Of a DNA stretch of 61,710 nucleotides, positions 16,483 to 27,553 are shown piece after piece. Source of the stretch: an uncultured Planctomycetia bacterium (GTDB taxonomy: Bacteria > Omnitrophota > Gorgyraeia > 2-02-FULL-51-18). The stretch spans positions 1 to 61,710 of the forward strand of contig CAYODQ010000005.1 in the NCBI GenBank assembly GCA_964402785.1, written 5' to 3'. Within the stretch, counting starts at the first letter, position 1, and the number at the start of each line of letters is the position of its first letter. The notes beneath the pieces were generated by a model, which had not been told where the DNA came from, searched no databases, and was given only the letters and a program-made list of their open reading frames with translations. The translations under genes and the position numbers were made by a program.

Positions 16483-16658
16483 GATAGACCTCTGATGTTG
16501 TAATCGATATTACAAAGGAAACAAATCCAGCTGCAGCGGTTGATTTATTCAAGTTCTCTCCTTCACACCACGCCTATTGCCAAGTTGCCACGGCAACACG
16601 GTGGACATCGTTTGTTACAACCATTGGCATCGCTCCCCGGGTCCAGGTACGCATAATG

Positions 16659-17108
16659 TCAGCGAGAGTCAATCGATTCATCGTCGGAAATATTAAGTGA
16701 TACGACTAGAAAAAGCGCCGAAACACAGATCGAGGCAACATCTATCCACCAGTTTTCATCAAAAATAGTCGTTGAGTTAATATTAAAGATAAATAAAAAA
16801 TAAACGCTATATGCTAAATGAGCGACGCTTAAAAAAATGAAATGAGAACGAGCTTCGCAACGATTCATTATAAGACCACACGAAAGCCACACCAAATAAA
16901 ACACGACTCCAAAACCGATTAAAATGAAGTCAGTCAATGTAAAAAAAAATAGGCGCACATGCGAGATGGTCAAAAAGAAAAAAATAAGAGCGTCGATCTC
17001 CCAGGGTAGATTCTTATCCATAAACAAGACCTTAAGTGCTGGAGCTAGTATATCCGCGAGAAGAATATATACACCCATGATCGGGTAAAATAACTTCTTT
17101 ATTAACAT
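16659..17108 (-). CDS. Hypothetical AT-rich membrane protein (cassette-like)
   Basis: Phe/Ile-rich, low GC; lies ~50 bp downstream of a GTTAGAT core on the minus strand. Confidence 0.65.
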   Translation of the reverse strand: MLIKKLFYPIMGVYILLADILAPALKVLFMDKNLPWEIDALIFFFLTISHVRLFFFTLTDFILIGFGVVFYLVWLSCGLIMNRCEARSHFIFLSVAHLAYSVYFLFIFNINSTTIFDENWWIDVASICVSALFLVVSLNISDDESIDSR

Positions 17109-17161
17109 ATTCGCGCCCTTCGTATAACTCTGCCATTAAGTTATTCCGCTGCTAACCGCGC

Positions 17162-17386
17162 ATCTAACCGGACGTGGTCAGCGGTACCGTCCCGTTTTAG
17201 CAACGATTCGTTGACTAGCTTTGAATGTCCGACCCTGTTTCCATTCCAGCGCTTTGCGGACTTTCGATGCTTTACACCTAACCGGACGTGGTCCGCGTTA
17301 CCTGTGTGTGTTAGCGCCGATCCCTTGACTTGTTTCGAATCTACGTGGCCAGCAACTGCCACCATTCGGACCACGTCCGTATGAGT
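17162..17386 (-). repeat. Cluster of attC-like remnants (CTAACCGGACGTGGTC twice, plus inverted CGGACCACGTCCG)
   Basis: RYYYAAC at 17162 and 17276; a 13-bp perfect arm pair 17283-17295/17367-17379. Confidence 0.45.
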
Positions 17387-17440
17387 AGCCTACTCTCTTT
17401 TCGCGCTCTCATCAACTTCGCATTTTTTTGTTTCGATTCG

Positions 17441-17581
17441 CTCTTCAGCATAAGCATTTGCGAGGGGTGACTCTGTGCGGGGGTCCCCCGGAAAAACGGA
17501 GTGCCAGGCGAAGCCGCCGACACGAGTATTTTCTGGGGGTGCAGCACGGAGGCAGGACCCCGAGATGCGCATGTTAAAGAG
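17441..17581. repeat. Long imperfect palindrome H2 downstream of the groEL terminator
   Basis: CTCTTCAGCATAAGCAT/ATGCGCATGTTAAAGAG outer arms; CCCCCGGAAAA/TTTTCTGGGGG inner arms; GCGAAGC mini-hairpin. Confidence 0.75.
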
Positions 17582-17594
17582 TTTATTTAACAAC

Positions 17595-17625
17595 AAAAAA
17601 CCCGGAGCTTTTTGAGCTCCGGGTT
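17595..17625 (-). terminator. Rho-independent terminator of groESL
   Basis: AACCCGGAGCT/AGCTCCGGGTT stem followed by a T-run on the minus strand. Confidence 0.9.
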
Positions 17626-17639
17626 GGTTTTGTTTATGC

Positions 17640-19605
<1,966 letters not shown>

Positions 19606-19627
19606 TGATTTCTCCTTTGATAAATGT

Positions 19628-19683
19628 TTAGCACTCACCTGACTTGAGTGCCACTATTCTACACACCCGGCTAGGAATGTCAA
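19628..19683 (-). promoter_or_regulatory. groESL promoter (TTGACA-N16-TAGAAT) and CIRCE operator (HrcA)
   Basis: TTAGCACTC-N9-GAGTGCCAC at 19628-19654, just downstream of the -10 box. Confidence 0.9.
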
Positions 19684-19687
19684 GTCG

Positions 19688-19919
19688 CAGAGTGTAGCTG
19701 GTGATCAATTTCGCTTTCGCCCACCCTTACCCTTTTTACTCCCATTGAAGGCTCTCTAAATATCTGGGGATGCCCCTCGCCAAAAATTACGGATAGGCCT
19801 TTGTGGCCTATCCTGATAATTATTTGGCGTCTCCCCAGAGAATTTAGAGAGCCTTCAATAAGCGGTCGTAAAAAGGCCGGGAATGGTCAAAAGCGAAATT
19901 GATCACCAGCTAGATTCTG
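19688..19919. repeat. Long palindrome H3 (~230 bp)
   Basis: Perfect 23-bp arms 19695-19717/19890-19912 and 18-bp arms 19744-19761/19842-19859. Confidence 0.92.
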
Positions 19920-19923
19920 AGAG

Positions 19924-20208
19924 TATGCATCCTAGCGGCAAGATATATTGATCTTGTTTGTTCCCGGCCTTTTCCGAGCGCCTATAGCTTTGTCATAAAT
20001 GGCAATGGAGACGCCAATCCGAACGAAGTGAGGGCTAGAAGTCCCATTTGCCGCCGCACGAGTAGATGCAGGAGTTCCTTCGGCGGCAAACGGACTTTTG
20101 GCGAGCCTGCCTGCCGGCAGGCAGGGGTCCATGCCATTTATGACAAAGCTATGCGAGGAAAAGGGTAAGGGCAAACAAGATCAATATATCTTGCCGGCGA
20201 GCATGCAT
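19924..20208. repeat. Long palindrome H4 (~285 bp) with nested 20-bp CCTGCCTGCCGGCAGGCAGG
   Basis: Perfect 25-bp arms 19936-19960/20172-20196 and 21-bp arms 19984-20004/20132-20152. Confidence 0.92.
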
Positions 20209-20212
20209 ATTT

Positions 20213-20959
20213 TTAAATCGCTAAATACGTGAGGCGGAGGCCGTCCATGGTGAGGTTGGGGTAAATCTGCTGGATGGACGGGCAGTATTTTTTCATGAAA
20301 GAGGCGTATCCGCCGGTGGCGATGATCTTGGGGTTGCCTCCGAGATCTTTCGAGACTTCTTGGGTGAGGCGCTCGCAGAGGCCGCCGATGCCGTAGGAGC
20401 AGCCGATGCGGATACTTTCGATGGTGTCGCGGCCGATGCGGGATGCCGGGTGTTTAAGTTTGGTTTTGGGAAGAAGTGCGGTGCGCTCAAAAAGGGCATC
20501 CAAACTAATTTCAATTCCGGGGGCTATCACTCCACCCAAATACTCCCCTTTTTTACTCACCACGTCGAAAGTGATCGCGGTACCAAAGTCGATAATGATC
20601 ATGGCTTTTTTATGAAGACGATAGCCGGCCAAGGCGTTGAGAAGACGATCCATGCCGACTTGCTTGGGGTTTTTGTAGCGGTTTTTGATGGGTACGGCCA
20701 CATCTGATCCGGCCACAACAACGCGCCCGGTCACAGATTTTTTAAAAAAAGATCTTAATTTTTGCGTGACACCTGGCACCACGGAACCAATGACCACATC
20801 GATGTCTGGTGTTTTTTTAAGTTGAGACACCAGCTGAGCAGGAATGCTTTTTTTAAAATCACTGGTTTTGATCCGAAGAAAAGGCTTCCAGCCATTTTTA
20901 TAAAGCGCCATGTACACGCTGGTATTCCCCACGTCCACCGCCAGAAGAGGTTTTGTCAT
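20213..20959 (-). CDS. coaX: Type III pantothenate kinase
   Basis: AVDVGNT, GMDRLLN, IIDFGTAITFD, GGVIAPG, ATGG; start moved to MTKPLL (ATGA overlap with birA). Confidence 0.96.
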   Translation of the reverse strand: MTKPLLAVDVGNTSVYMALYKNGWKPFLRIKTSDFKKSIPAQLVSQLKKTPDIDVVIGSVVPGVTQKLRSFFKKSVTGRVVVAGSDVAVPIKNRYKNPKQVGMDRLLNALAGYRLHKKAMIIIDFGTAITFDVVSKKGEYLGGVIAPGIEISLDALFERTALLPKTKLKHPASRIGRDTIESIRIGCSYGIGGLCERLTQEVSKDLGGNPKIIATGGYASFMKKYCPSIQQIYPNLTMDGLRLTYLAI

Positions 20960-21933
20960 TTGCTGGATCTCCTTAAATGCTGTACGTCGCCCGATAAAAC
21001 TTTTTCCAGGATACCCGTGTCGGTGCGCACCCAAAGCGCACCGTCTTTATCGATGCCGCGAGCCTCGCCCTGAAGTGTACGCCCCAAAAGCGATACGGAC
21101 ACGCGTTTGCCGGTGGTCTCGGAATAACTTTCCCATTCCTCAGCCAATTTCTCAAATCCGCCGGATTTAAAAATATCCAGATCATGCTCCAACTCAGCCA
21201 GGATCGCTTGCAAGATCTTGACCCGCGGCTGTTTGGCGCCTGCGATCACCGAAAGCGACGTCGCGGTGTCTGGAAGCTCGTCCTGCGCGCTATTGATATT
21301 AAGCCCAAGACCGGCCACCACAAAATGAATTTTATCCGCCTCGGCGTTCATCTCGGTTAAGATGCCACCCACTTTTTTTTCACGATACAAGAGATCGTTG
21401 GGCCATTTGACGCCCAAGCTAACATCGGTAAGACGCTTCACAGCGCGCACGGCAGACAATGCCAGGATAAGCGTGATCTTGGCCACATCGGAGGGCGCCA
21501 CTTGAGGCCTCAAAAGCACCGACATCAGAAGATTTTTGCCTTTGGGTGACACCCATTCGCGCCCGAGGCGGCCACGGCCTTTTTTTTGATGCTCGGCAAG
21601 CACACAGCTGCCTTCGGGAGAGCCTTGCTCACCCAGCTTCCACGCTGCGATATTCGTCGAGTCCAAGCTCTCATACGAAAAAACCCGCTTTCCGATATAT
21701 CTCGTCTCCAAACCATCCATAACCTCATCGGCAAACAATTTATCGGGCACTGATATCAGCTGGTAGCCGTCATGCGGATGAGAGTCGATGCTATAGCCCA
21801 TCTCGCGGAGGCTTTGAATTTCTTTCCATATAGCAGCACGCGTGACGCCGCATTTCTTGGCGACGGATTCACCAGAAACGTATACCCCCATATGTTTTTT
21901 TAGTTCCTTGAGAAGAATGTCCTGTGTTTTCAT
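20956..21933 (-). CDS. birA: Bifunctional biotin--[acetyl-CoA carboxylase] ligase/repressor
   Basis: N-terminal HTH ([18 protein letters not shown]), [21 protein letters not shown]. Confidence 0.97.
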   Translation of the reverse strand: MKTQDILLKELKKHMGVYVSGESVAKKCGVTRAAIWKEIQSLREMGYSIDSHPHDGYQLISVPDKLFADEVMDGLETRYIGKRVFSYESLDSTNIAAWKLGEQGSPEGSCVLAEHQKKGRGRLGREWVSPKGKNLLMSVLLRPQVAPSDVAKITLILALSAVRAVKRLTDVSLGVKWPNDLLYREKKVGGILTEMNAEADKIHFVVAGLGLNINSAQDELPDTATSLSVIAGAKQPRVKILQAILAELEHDLDIFKSGGFEKLAEEWESYSETTGKRVSVSLLGRTLQGEARGIDKDGALWVRTDTGILEKVLSGDVQHLRRSSK

Positions 21934-23951
21934 TTTTTCTTGTATTTGAGTTTGGGTGTCGACTTGGCCGGCTTAGCTGAAGGCTCTTTTTCAAGCTTAC
22001 CCTGAAGCTTGCGCAGCTGATCCCTGAGTTGGATCGCGCGCTCAAACTGCAAAAGCCGCGCTGCCTCCTCCATCTCATGCTCGATCTCGCTGATAGCTTC
22101 AAGCGTATCTTGCTTTTTATCGTCTACCCCAGAAACTTCAAGAACGAGATCGCGCGCTTTCTTGATAGACTCGATGCCCTCGCGCACTTCTTTCTGGATA
22201 GACTGCGGCGTGATGCCGTGTTTGGTGTTGTATTCGATCTGCAGCTTGCGGCGACGAGCGGACTCCAGCATCATGCGCCGCATGGAGTCTGTCACCGTAT
22301 CTGCATAAAAAATCACATGACCATCTTGATGGCGAGCTGCGCGACCCGCCACCTGGATAAGCGATGTCTCGCTGCGCAAAAAACCCTCTTTATCGGCATC
22401 CAACACCGCCACGAGAGAAACTTCAGGAAGATCGATACCTTCGCGCAAAAGATTGATCCCGACAAGGCAATCAAAAGCGCCCAATCGCAAATCACGGAGG
22501 ATCTCAACTCTTTCGATGGCATCGATGTCCGAGTGTAAATATTTCACCTTCACACCCGCATCTTTTAGATAAGCCGCCAGATCTTCGGACATTTTTTTGG
22601 TGAGGGTTGTCACGAGGACTCGCTGTTTACGAGCCACGCGCGCCTCGATCTTGCCGATCAAATCATCGATCTGATTTTTGGTGGGCAGTACTTCAACCTG
22701 TGGATCCAGCAGTCCTGTCGGGCGGATCACCTGCTCCACGATCAGCGAAGACTTCTCGATCTCGTATTTGGAAGGTGTGGCAGACACGAACAAGGTTTGC
22801 CCTGTCACTTTTTCAAATTCGTCAAACTGAAGCGGCCTATTATCCAACGCGCAAGGCAGCCGGAAACCATAATTCACCAATGTCTCTTTACGTGCCCGAT
22901 CTCCAAAATACATACCCCTTATTTGCGGGATAGAGATGTGGGACTCATCCACCATAAGCAGATAATCTTTGGGGAAATAATCCAGCAAACACTCAGGCCT
23001 TGAGCCGGGTGTGCGCCCAGTGAGAATACGCGAATAATTCTCGATCCCGGAACAAAATCCAAGCTCTTTCATCATCTCCATGTCGTATCGCGTACGCTGC
23101 TCCAAGCGCTGAGCCTCAACAAGCTTATTTTCCGAATTGAGCACTTTGAGTCTTTCGTTCAGCTCCTGCTCAATTTGAGACAAGGCGCCCTCAAGCTTTG
23201 GCTGCGTTGTCACAAAATGTTTGGCGGGGTAAATTGCGATCGATTCGATCGGATGCAGGACGGCGCCTGTCAGCGGGTGAATACGGCTGATCTTTTTGAC
23301 CATATCCCACTCAAACTCTACGCGCAAAGCGGTTTCCTCATATGCCAAAAAAACCTCGACCACATCCCCGCGCGCGCGAAAATTTCCGCGTTTAAACTCC
23401 ACGTCGTTTCGATGGTATTGGATCTCGACTAGGCGCTTGAGCATGTCATCGCGCTGGAGGGTTTGTCCGACACGCAGGAACAAAAGCATATCCTCATAAT
23501 CTTTGGGCGAGCCCAAACCGTAGATCGCTGACACAGACGACACGACGATACAATCACGGCGCGACAAAAGTGAACTCGTGGCTCTCAGTCTCAGGCGGTC
23601 GATATCTTCATTGATGGCGGAGTCTTTCTCGATATACGTGTCGGTTTGCGGCACATACGCCTCGGGCTGATAAAAATCGTAGTAACTGACGAAGTATTCG
23701 ACAGCATTCTCAGGAAATAATTCTTTGAACTCACTATAAAGCTGAGCGGCCAAGGTTTTGTTGTGCGACATGACCAAAGTCGGGCGGTTTAGGGCGGCGA
23801 TGACCTGCGCCATTGTGAAAGTCTTGCCGCTACCCGTGACACCCAAAAGCGTTTGATAGCGCTCACCCGAACGGATATGGGCTATTAATTTTTGGATCGC
23901 CTGCGGTTGATCCCCTTTGGGAACCATGTCCGAGACAAGCTTGAACTCCAT
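21930..23951 (-). CDS. uvrB: Excinuclease ABC subunit B
   Basis: [39 protein letters not shown]-terminus. Confidence 0.99.
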   Translation of the reverse strand: MEFKLVSDMVPKGDQPQAIQKLIAHIRSGERYQTLLGVTGSGKTFTMAQVIAALNRPTLVMSHNKTLAAQLYSEFKELFPENAVEYFVSYYDFYQPEAYVPQTDTYIEKDSAINEDIDRLRLRATSSLLSRRDCIVVSSVSAIYGLGSPKDYEDMLLFLRVGQTLQRDDMLKRLVEIQYHRNDVEFKRGNFRARGDVVEVFLAYEETALRVEFEWDMVKKISRIHPLTGAVLHPIESIAIYPAKHFVTTQPKLEGALSQIEQELNERLKVLNSENKLVEAQRLEQRTRYDMEMMKELGFCSGIENYSRILTGRTPGSRPECLLDYFPKDYLLMVDESHISIPQIRGMYFGDRARKETLVNYGFRLPCALDNRPLQFDEFEKVTGQTLFVSATPSKYEIEKSSLIVEQVIRPTGLLDPQVEVLPTKNQIDDLIGKIEARVARKQRVLVTTLTKKMSEDLAAYLKDAGVKVKYLHSDIDAIERVEILRDLRLGAFDCLVGINLLREGIDLPEVSLVAVLDADKEGFLRSETSLIQVAGRAARHQDGHVIFYADTVTDSMRRMMLESARRRKLQIEYNTKHGITPQSIQKEVREGIESIKKARDLVLEVSGVDDKKQDTLEAISEIEHEMEEAARLLQFERAIQLRDQLRKLQGKLEKEPSAKPAKSTPKLKYKKK

Positions 23952-24817
23952 CAGGAAACAATATCCAGCGAAACATCCAGCCAGGGAGCGCTGTGCGTCA
24001 AAGCGCCGATGGAGATGCGCTCAACCCCCGTCTCGGCGGCAGCGCGCACATTCTCGAGGTTGATACCACCAGATGCCTCATAAAGCGGCATCGAAGCTTT
24101 GCTGGTGCCATAAGCCTGCTCTCGCATATGCACCGCTTGCTTCATTTGCTCGATAGTCATATTGTCCAAGAGGATGTATTCGACTCGTGTCGTCAATGCT
24201 TCGGCCAACTCTTTTAAATTTTTTACTTCCAACCCGATCAGGACATTTTTGAGCACACCCTTACGAGCGCGCGTGATGATGGATGGGATGGATTCGTTTT
24301 TAAGGATACGAAGATGATTGTCTTTGATGAGCACCTGATCGTATAAACCCATGCGATGATTGACGCCGCCGCCGGTTGCGACCGCCATCTTCTCCAGCAC
24401 GCGCATATTGGGTGTGGTTTTGCGGGTGTCCAGGATCTTGGCTTTGGTGCCTTTGACTTTATCGACATATTGGCGTGTCAGCGTTGCGATCCCGGATAAT
24501 TTCCCCAAAAAATTAAGCGCCGCTCTCTCGCCCATGAGAATCGAATGCGCTGAGCCATCAATAAACGCCAGCTCACGTCCCGGCTCCAGGATCTCCCCAT
24601 CTTTAGCTGTCGGTAAAAATCGAAGATTGGCATCCAGGTGGCGAAAAACGCTTTCTACGATCTCCATCCCGCACAAAACCCCGGGAGCTTTTGCTTGGAT
24701 CAAAGCGCGGATCTTCCGGCCGGGAGGAATAATGGAGGTGGTGGTCAGATCTCCCCGCCCAATATCCTCTCTCAGGGCGAGTTTGACGATAAGATCGAGG
24801 ACGTCGGCGCGGAGCAT
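23951..24817 (-). CDS. nadC: Nicotinate-nucleotide pyrophosphorylase
   Basis: [35 protein letters not shown]. Confidence 0.98.
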   Translation of the reverse strand: MLRADVLDLIVKLALREDIGRGDLTTTSIIPPGRKIRALIQAKAPGVLCGMEIVESVFRHLDANLRFLPTAKDGEILEPGRELAFIDGSAHSILMGERAALNFLGKLSGIATLTRQYVDKVKGTKAKILDTRKTTPNMRVLEKMAVATGGGVNHRMGLYDQVLIKDNHLRILKNESIPSIITRARKGVLKNVLIGLEVKNLKELAEALTTRVEYILLDNMTIEQMKQAVHMREQAYGTSKASMPLYEASGGINLENVRAAAETGVERISIGALTHSAPWLDVSLDIVS

Positions 24818-24823
24818 GGCGAT

Positions 24824-27553
24824 TTATTCGAGCGTCTTCAGGTTTTCCAGCAAACGCTTCTTGCGGTCTTCAAGCTCCACGGCTTTTAATTTTTCTTTGT
24901 CGACGATATCTTTGGGTGCTTTGCTCAAAAATTCTTTATTGGCAAGCCTGCCCTCAAGGCCTTTGATCATACGCTCCACGTCCGAAAGAGCGCTCGTGAT
25001 GCGCTGTCTCTCAACAGCGATATCTACAAGGCCGCTTAAGATCACATACGTCTCAACGCGCCCGATATTGGCCACGGCCGATTCTTTGGGGCGCGCGATA
25101 TTTTTGCCGATCGTGAGAGACGAAAGTCTCGCCATCTGCGCGATCAGAGTGGAGTGAGCGTTGAGCATCTTAAGCTCTTTGTCGCCATTTACTTTGACCG
25201 CCACCTGCACTTGATCCTTGGGGTTGATCTGCCAAGCAGACCGCACATTGCGAATAGATTGGATCTCGCTGATCACAAGCTGTATCTCGCCCTCGATCTT
25301 AGGATCCAGCCATTTTTTCTGAGCCTTGGGCCACTCTGCCAACATCAAACTCTCACCCTCATGCGGCAATGTCTGCCATATCTCTTCCGTAATAAATGGC
25401 ATAAAAGGATGCAAAAGCCGCATCAAGGTCTCCAGCACACGATGCAGCACCCACTGAACCGGCTTCTCATCGATATGCGCTTTTACGATCTCAAGATACC
25501 AGTCGCAGAACTCATGCCAGAAAAATTCATAGATCACATTGGTGGCTTCTTGAAAACGGCTTTTATCGATGCACTCTGTGATCTTGGTGGTGGTGTTTTG
25601 AAGCCGGCTTAAGATCCAGCGATCCGCAGCAGACAGCTCCGTCTTGGAAGGCTCGGTTTTAAGAGAAATGCCTTTGGGTGGGCGATGCATGGCCACAAAG
25701 CGCGAGGCATTCCAGATCTTGTTGGCAAAATTACGCCCAAGTTCGAATTTTTCTTTGGAGCAATAAACATCCTGCCCCTCTGCTGTGATCGATATGATGG
25801 CGTAGCGAAGCGCATCAGCTCCATATTGATCGATGATATTGATAGGATCCACTGCGTTGCCGAGAGATTTGGACATCTTGGCACCCGTCTCGTCACGCAC
25901 AATGCCATGAATGTATACCTGCGAGAACGGCGTCTTGCCCATGAACTCGATACCGGACATGATCATGCGAGCCACCCAGAAAAAGATGATCTCGTAGCCG
26001 GTGACCAAGGTCGAAGTGGGATAAAAATATTTGAGATCAGCCGTTTCTTTGGGCCAACCCAATGTTGAAAATGGCCACAACCACGATGAAAACCAGGTAT
26101 CCAGTACATCTGGATCCTGTATCAAATCCACATTGTGGCAAGTGGGACATTTTTTGGGCGTATCCACGGATACGATCATGCCTGGCTCCATGTACACCTT
26201 GGAATTAGGCTGACGAAAAGCGGTCTCGGTGGAACGGCAATGCGCGCAATACCACACCGGGATACGATGACCCCACCAGATCTGGCGCGAAATACACCAG
26301 TCTTTGATATTTTCCATCCACTCGTAATACACCTTGGTCCAGCGCTGAGGCGTGAAGACGGTCTTGCCTTCTTTGACCACAGCAATTGCTTTTTCGGCCA
26401 GCGGTTTCATTTTGACGAACCACTGGGTTGAGAAATAAGGCTCCACAACCGTCTGGCAGCGATAGCAATGTCCCACCGAATGAACGTGTTCTTTGGTTTC
26501 CAAAAGAATGCGCCTATCTTCAAGCTCAGACACGATCTTGCGACGTGCTTCAAAACGATCCATGCCTTTGTATGGGCCGCCATGATCATTGACGGAAGCA
26601 TCGGGGTTAAAAATATTGATATTCTCAAGCTGATGTTTACGGGCCAGCTCAAAATCAACCGGATCATGCGCAGGCGTGATCTTAAGAGCGCCTGTGCCAA
26701 AGGCCGGATCGATGGCTTCGTCTTGGATGATACGAAGCTTGCGATTTAAAAGCGGAAGAATGACGGTTTTACCGACAAATTGTTGATAGCGCTCGTCCTT
26801 AGGATTAAATCCGACTGCCGTATCGCCCAGCATGGTTTCGGGACGAGTGGTTGCGATGGTGATGTGCTGATCTGTGCCCTCAACGGCGTATTTGATGTAA
26901 TACAAATGCCCTGTGATCTCTTTATGCTGCACCTCTTCGTCTGAAAGTGCCGTTTGACAACGCGGGCACCAGTTGACGATATAATGACCACGATAAACGA
27001 GACCCTTTTGATATAGCTGCACAAATACTTCACGCACTGCCTGAGAGAGCCCCTCGTCCATGGTAAAACGCGTACGGTCCCAGTCACACGAGGCTCCAAG
27101 CCGCTGTTGCTGCTTGATGATGGTGTTGCCGTATTTTTCGCGCCATTTCCAAACGCGCTCCAAAAATTTCTCACGACCCAAGGCTTGGCGGGTAAGACCT
27201 TCTTCTTTGAGTGATCGCTCCACAACATTTTGAGTGGCAATGCCCGCATGATCTGTGCCGGGAAGCCAAAGCGCCTCAAAACCATTCATACGCTTGTAAC
27301 GTGTCAAAATATCCTGGATAGTGCTGTTGAGCGCATGTCCCATATGAAGGATGCCCGTGATATTCGGCGGCGGGATCACGATCACATAAGGCTTTTTTTT
27401 GGATTTGGCCGAAGCTTTGAAGTAGCCTTTTTTCATCCAAATGTCGTACCATTTTTTTTCAACGAGCTTTGGATCATAAGCTTTGGACAGCTCGGTCAAT
27501 TTTTCCGGCTTTTTGGAGTCATCGGATGGTTTGGGCTTTGATTTACCACTCAT
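24824..27553 (-). CDS. valS: Valine--tRNA ligase
   Basis: PPPNITGILHMGH, DWCISRQIWWGH, KMSKS. Confidence 0.99.
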   Translation of the reverse strand: MSGKSKPKPSDDSKKPEKLTELSKAYDPKLVEKKWYDIWMKKGYFKASAKSKKKPYVIVIPPPNITGILHMGHALNSTIQDILTRYKRMNGFEALWLPGTDHAGIATQNVVERSLKEEGLTRQALGREKFLERVWKWREKYGNTIIKQQQRLGASCDWDRTRFTMDEGLSQAVREVFVQLYQKGLVYRGHYIVNWCPRCQTALSDEEVQHKEITGHLYYIKYAVEGTDQHITIATTRPETMLGDTAVGFNPKDERYQQFVGKTVILPLLNRKLRIIQDEAIDPAFGTGALKITPAHDPVDFELARKHQLENINIFNPDASVNDHGGPYKGMDRFEARRKIVSELEDRRILLETKEHVHSVGHCYRCQTVVEPYFSTQWFVKMKPLAEKAIAVVKEGKTVFTPQRWTKVYYEWMENIKDWCISRQIWWGHRIPVWYCAHCRSTETAFRQPNSKVYMEPGMIVSVDTPKKCPTCHNVDLIQDPDVLDTWFSSWLWPFSTLGWPKETADLKYFYPTSTLVTGYEIIFFWVARMIMSGIEFMGKTPFSQVYIHGIVRDETGAKMSKSLGNAVDPINIIDQYGADALRYAIISITAEGQDVYCSKEKFELGRNFANKIWNASRFVAMHRPPKGISLKTEPSKTELSAADRWILSRLQNTTTKITECIDKSRFQEATNVIYEFFWHEFCDWYLEIVKAHIDEKPVQWVLHRVLETLMRLLHPFMPFITEEIWQTLPHEGESLMLAEWPKAQKKWLDPKIEGEIQLVISEIQSIRNVRSAWQINPKDQVQVAVKVNGDKELKMLNAHSTLIAQMARLSSLTIGKNIARPKESAVANIGRVETYVILSGLVDIAVERQRITSALSDVERMIKGLEGRLANKEFLSKAPKDIVDKEKLKAVELEDRKKRLLENLKTLE

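Noticed and set aside
16484-16658. Possible gene fragment or further attC between the membrane gene and the transposase
   Set aside because: The open frame is interrupted by a stop with no recognisable homology; the short GTTGCC/GGCAAC hairpin lacks proper cores.
13333-17386. CRISPR array
   Set aside because: Only 2-3 irregularly spaced repeats and no cas genes.
19932-20174. 80-aa ORF containing PCLPAGR
   Set aside because: Lies wholly within palindrome H4; translation artefact of the repeat.
19688-20208. H3/H4 as 6S RNA, RNase P, SRP or tmRNA
   Set aside because: No recognisable consensus (GAGGAAAGTCC, SRP helix 8, tRNA-like ends), and several similar hairpins exist; 6S cannot be fully excluded without an Infernal search.
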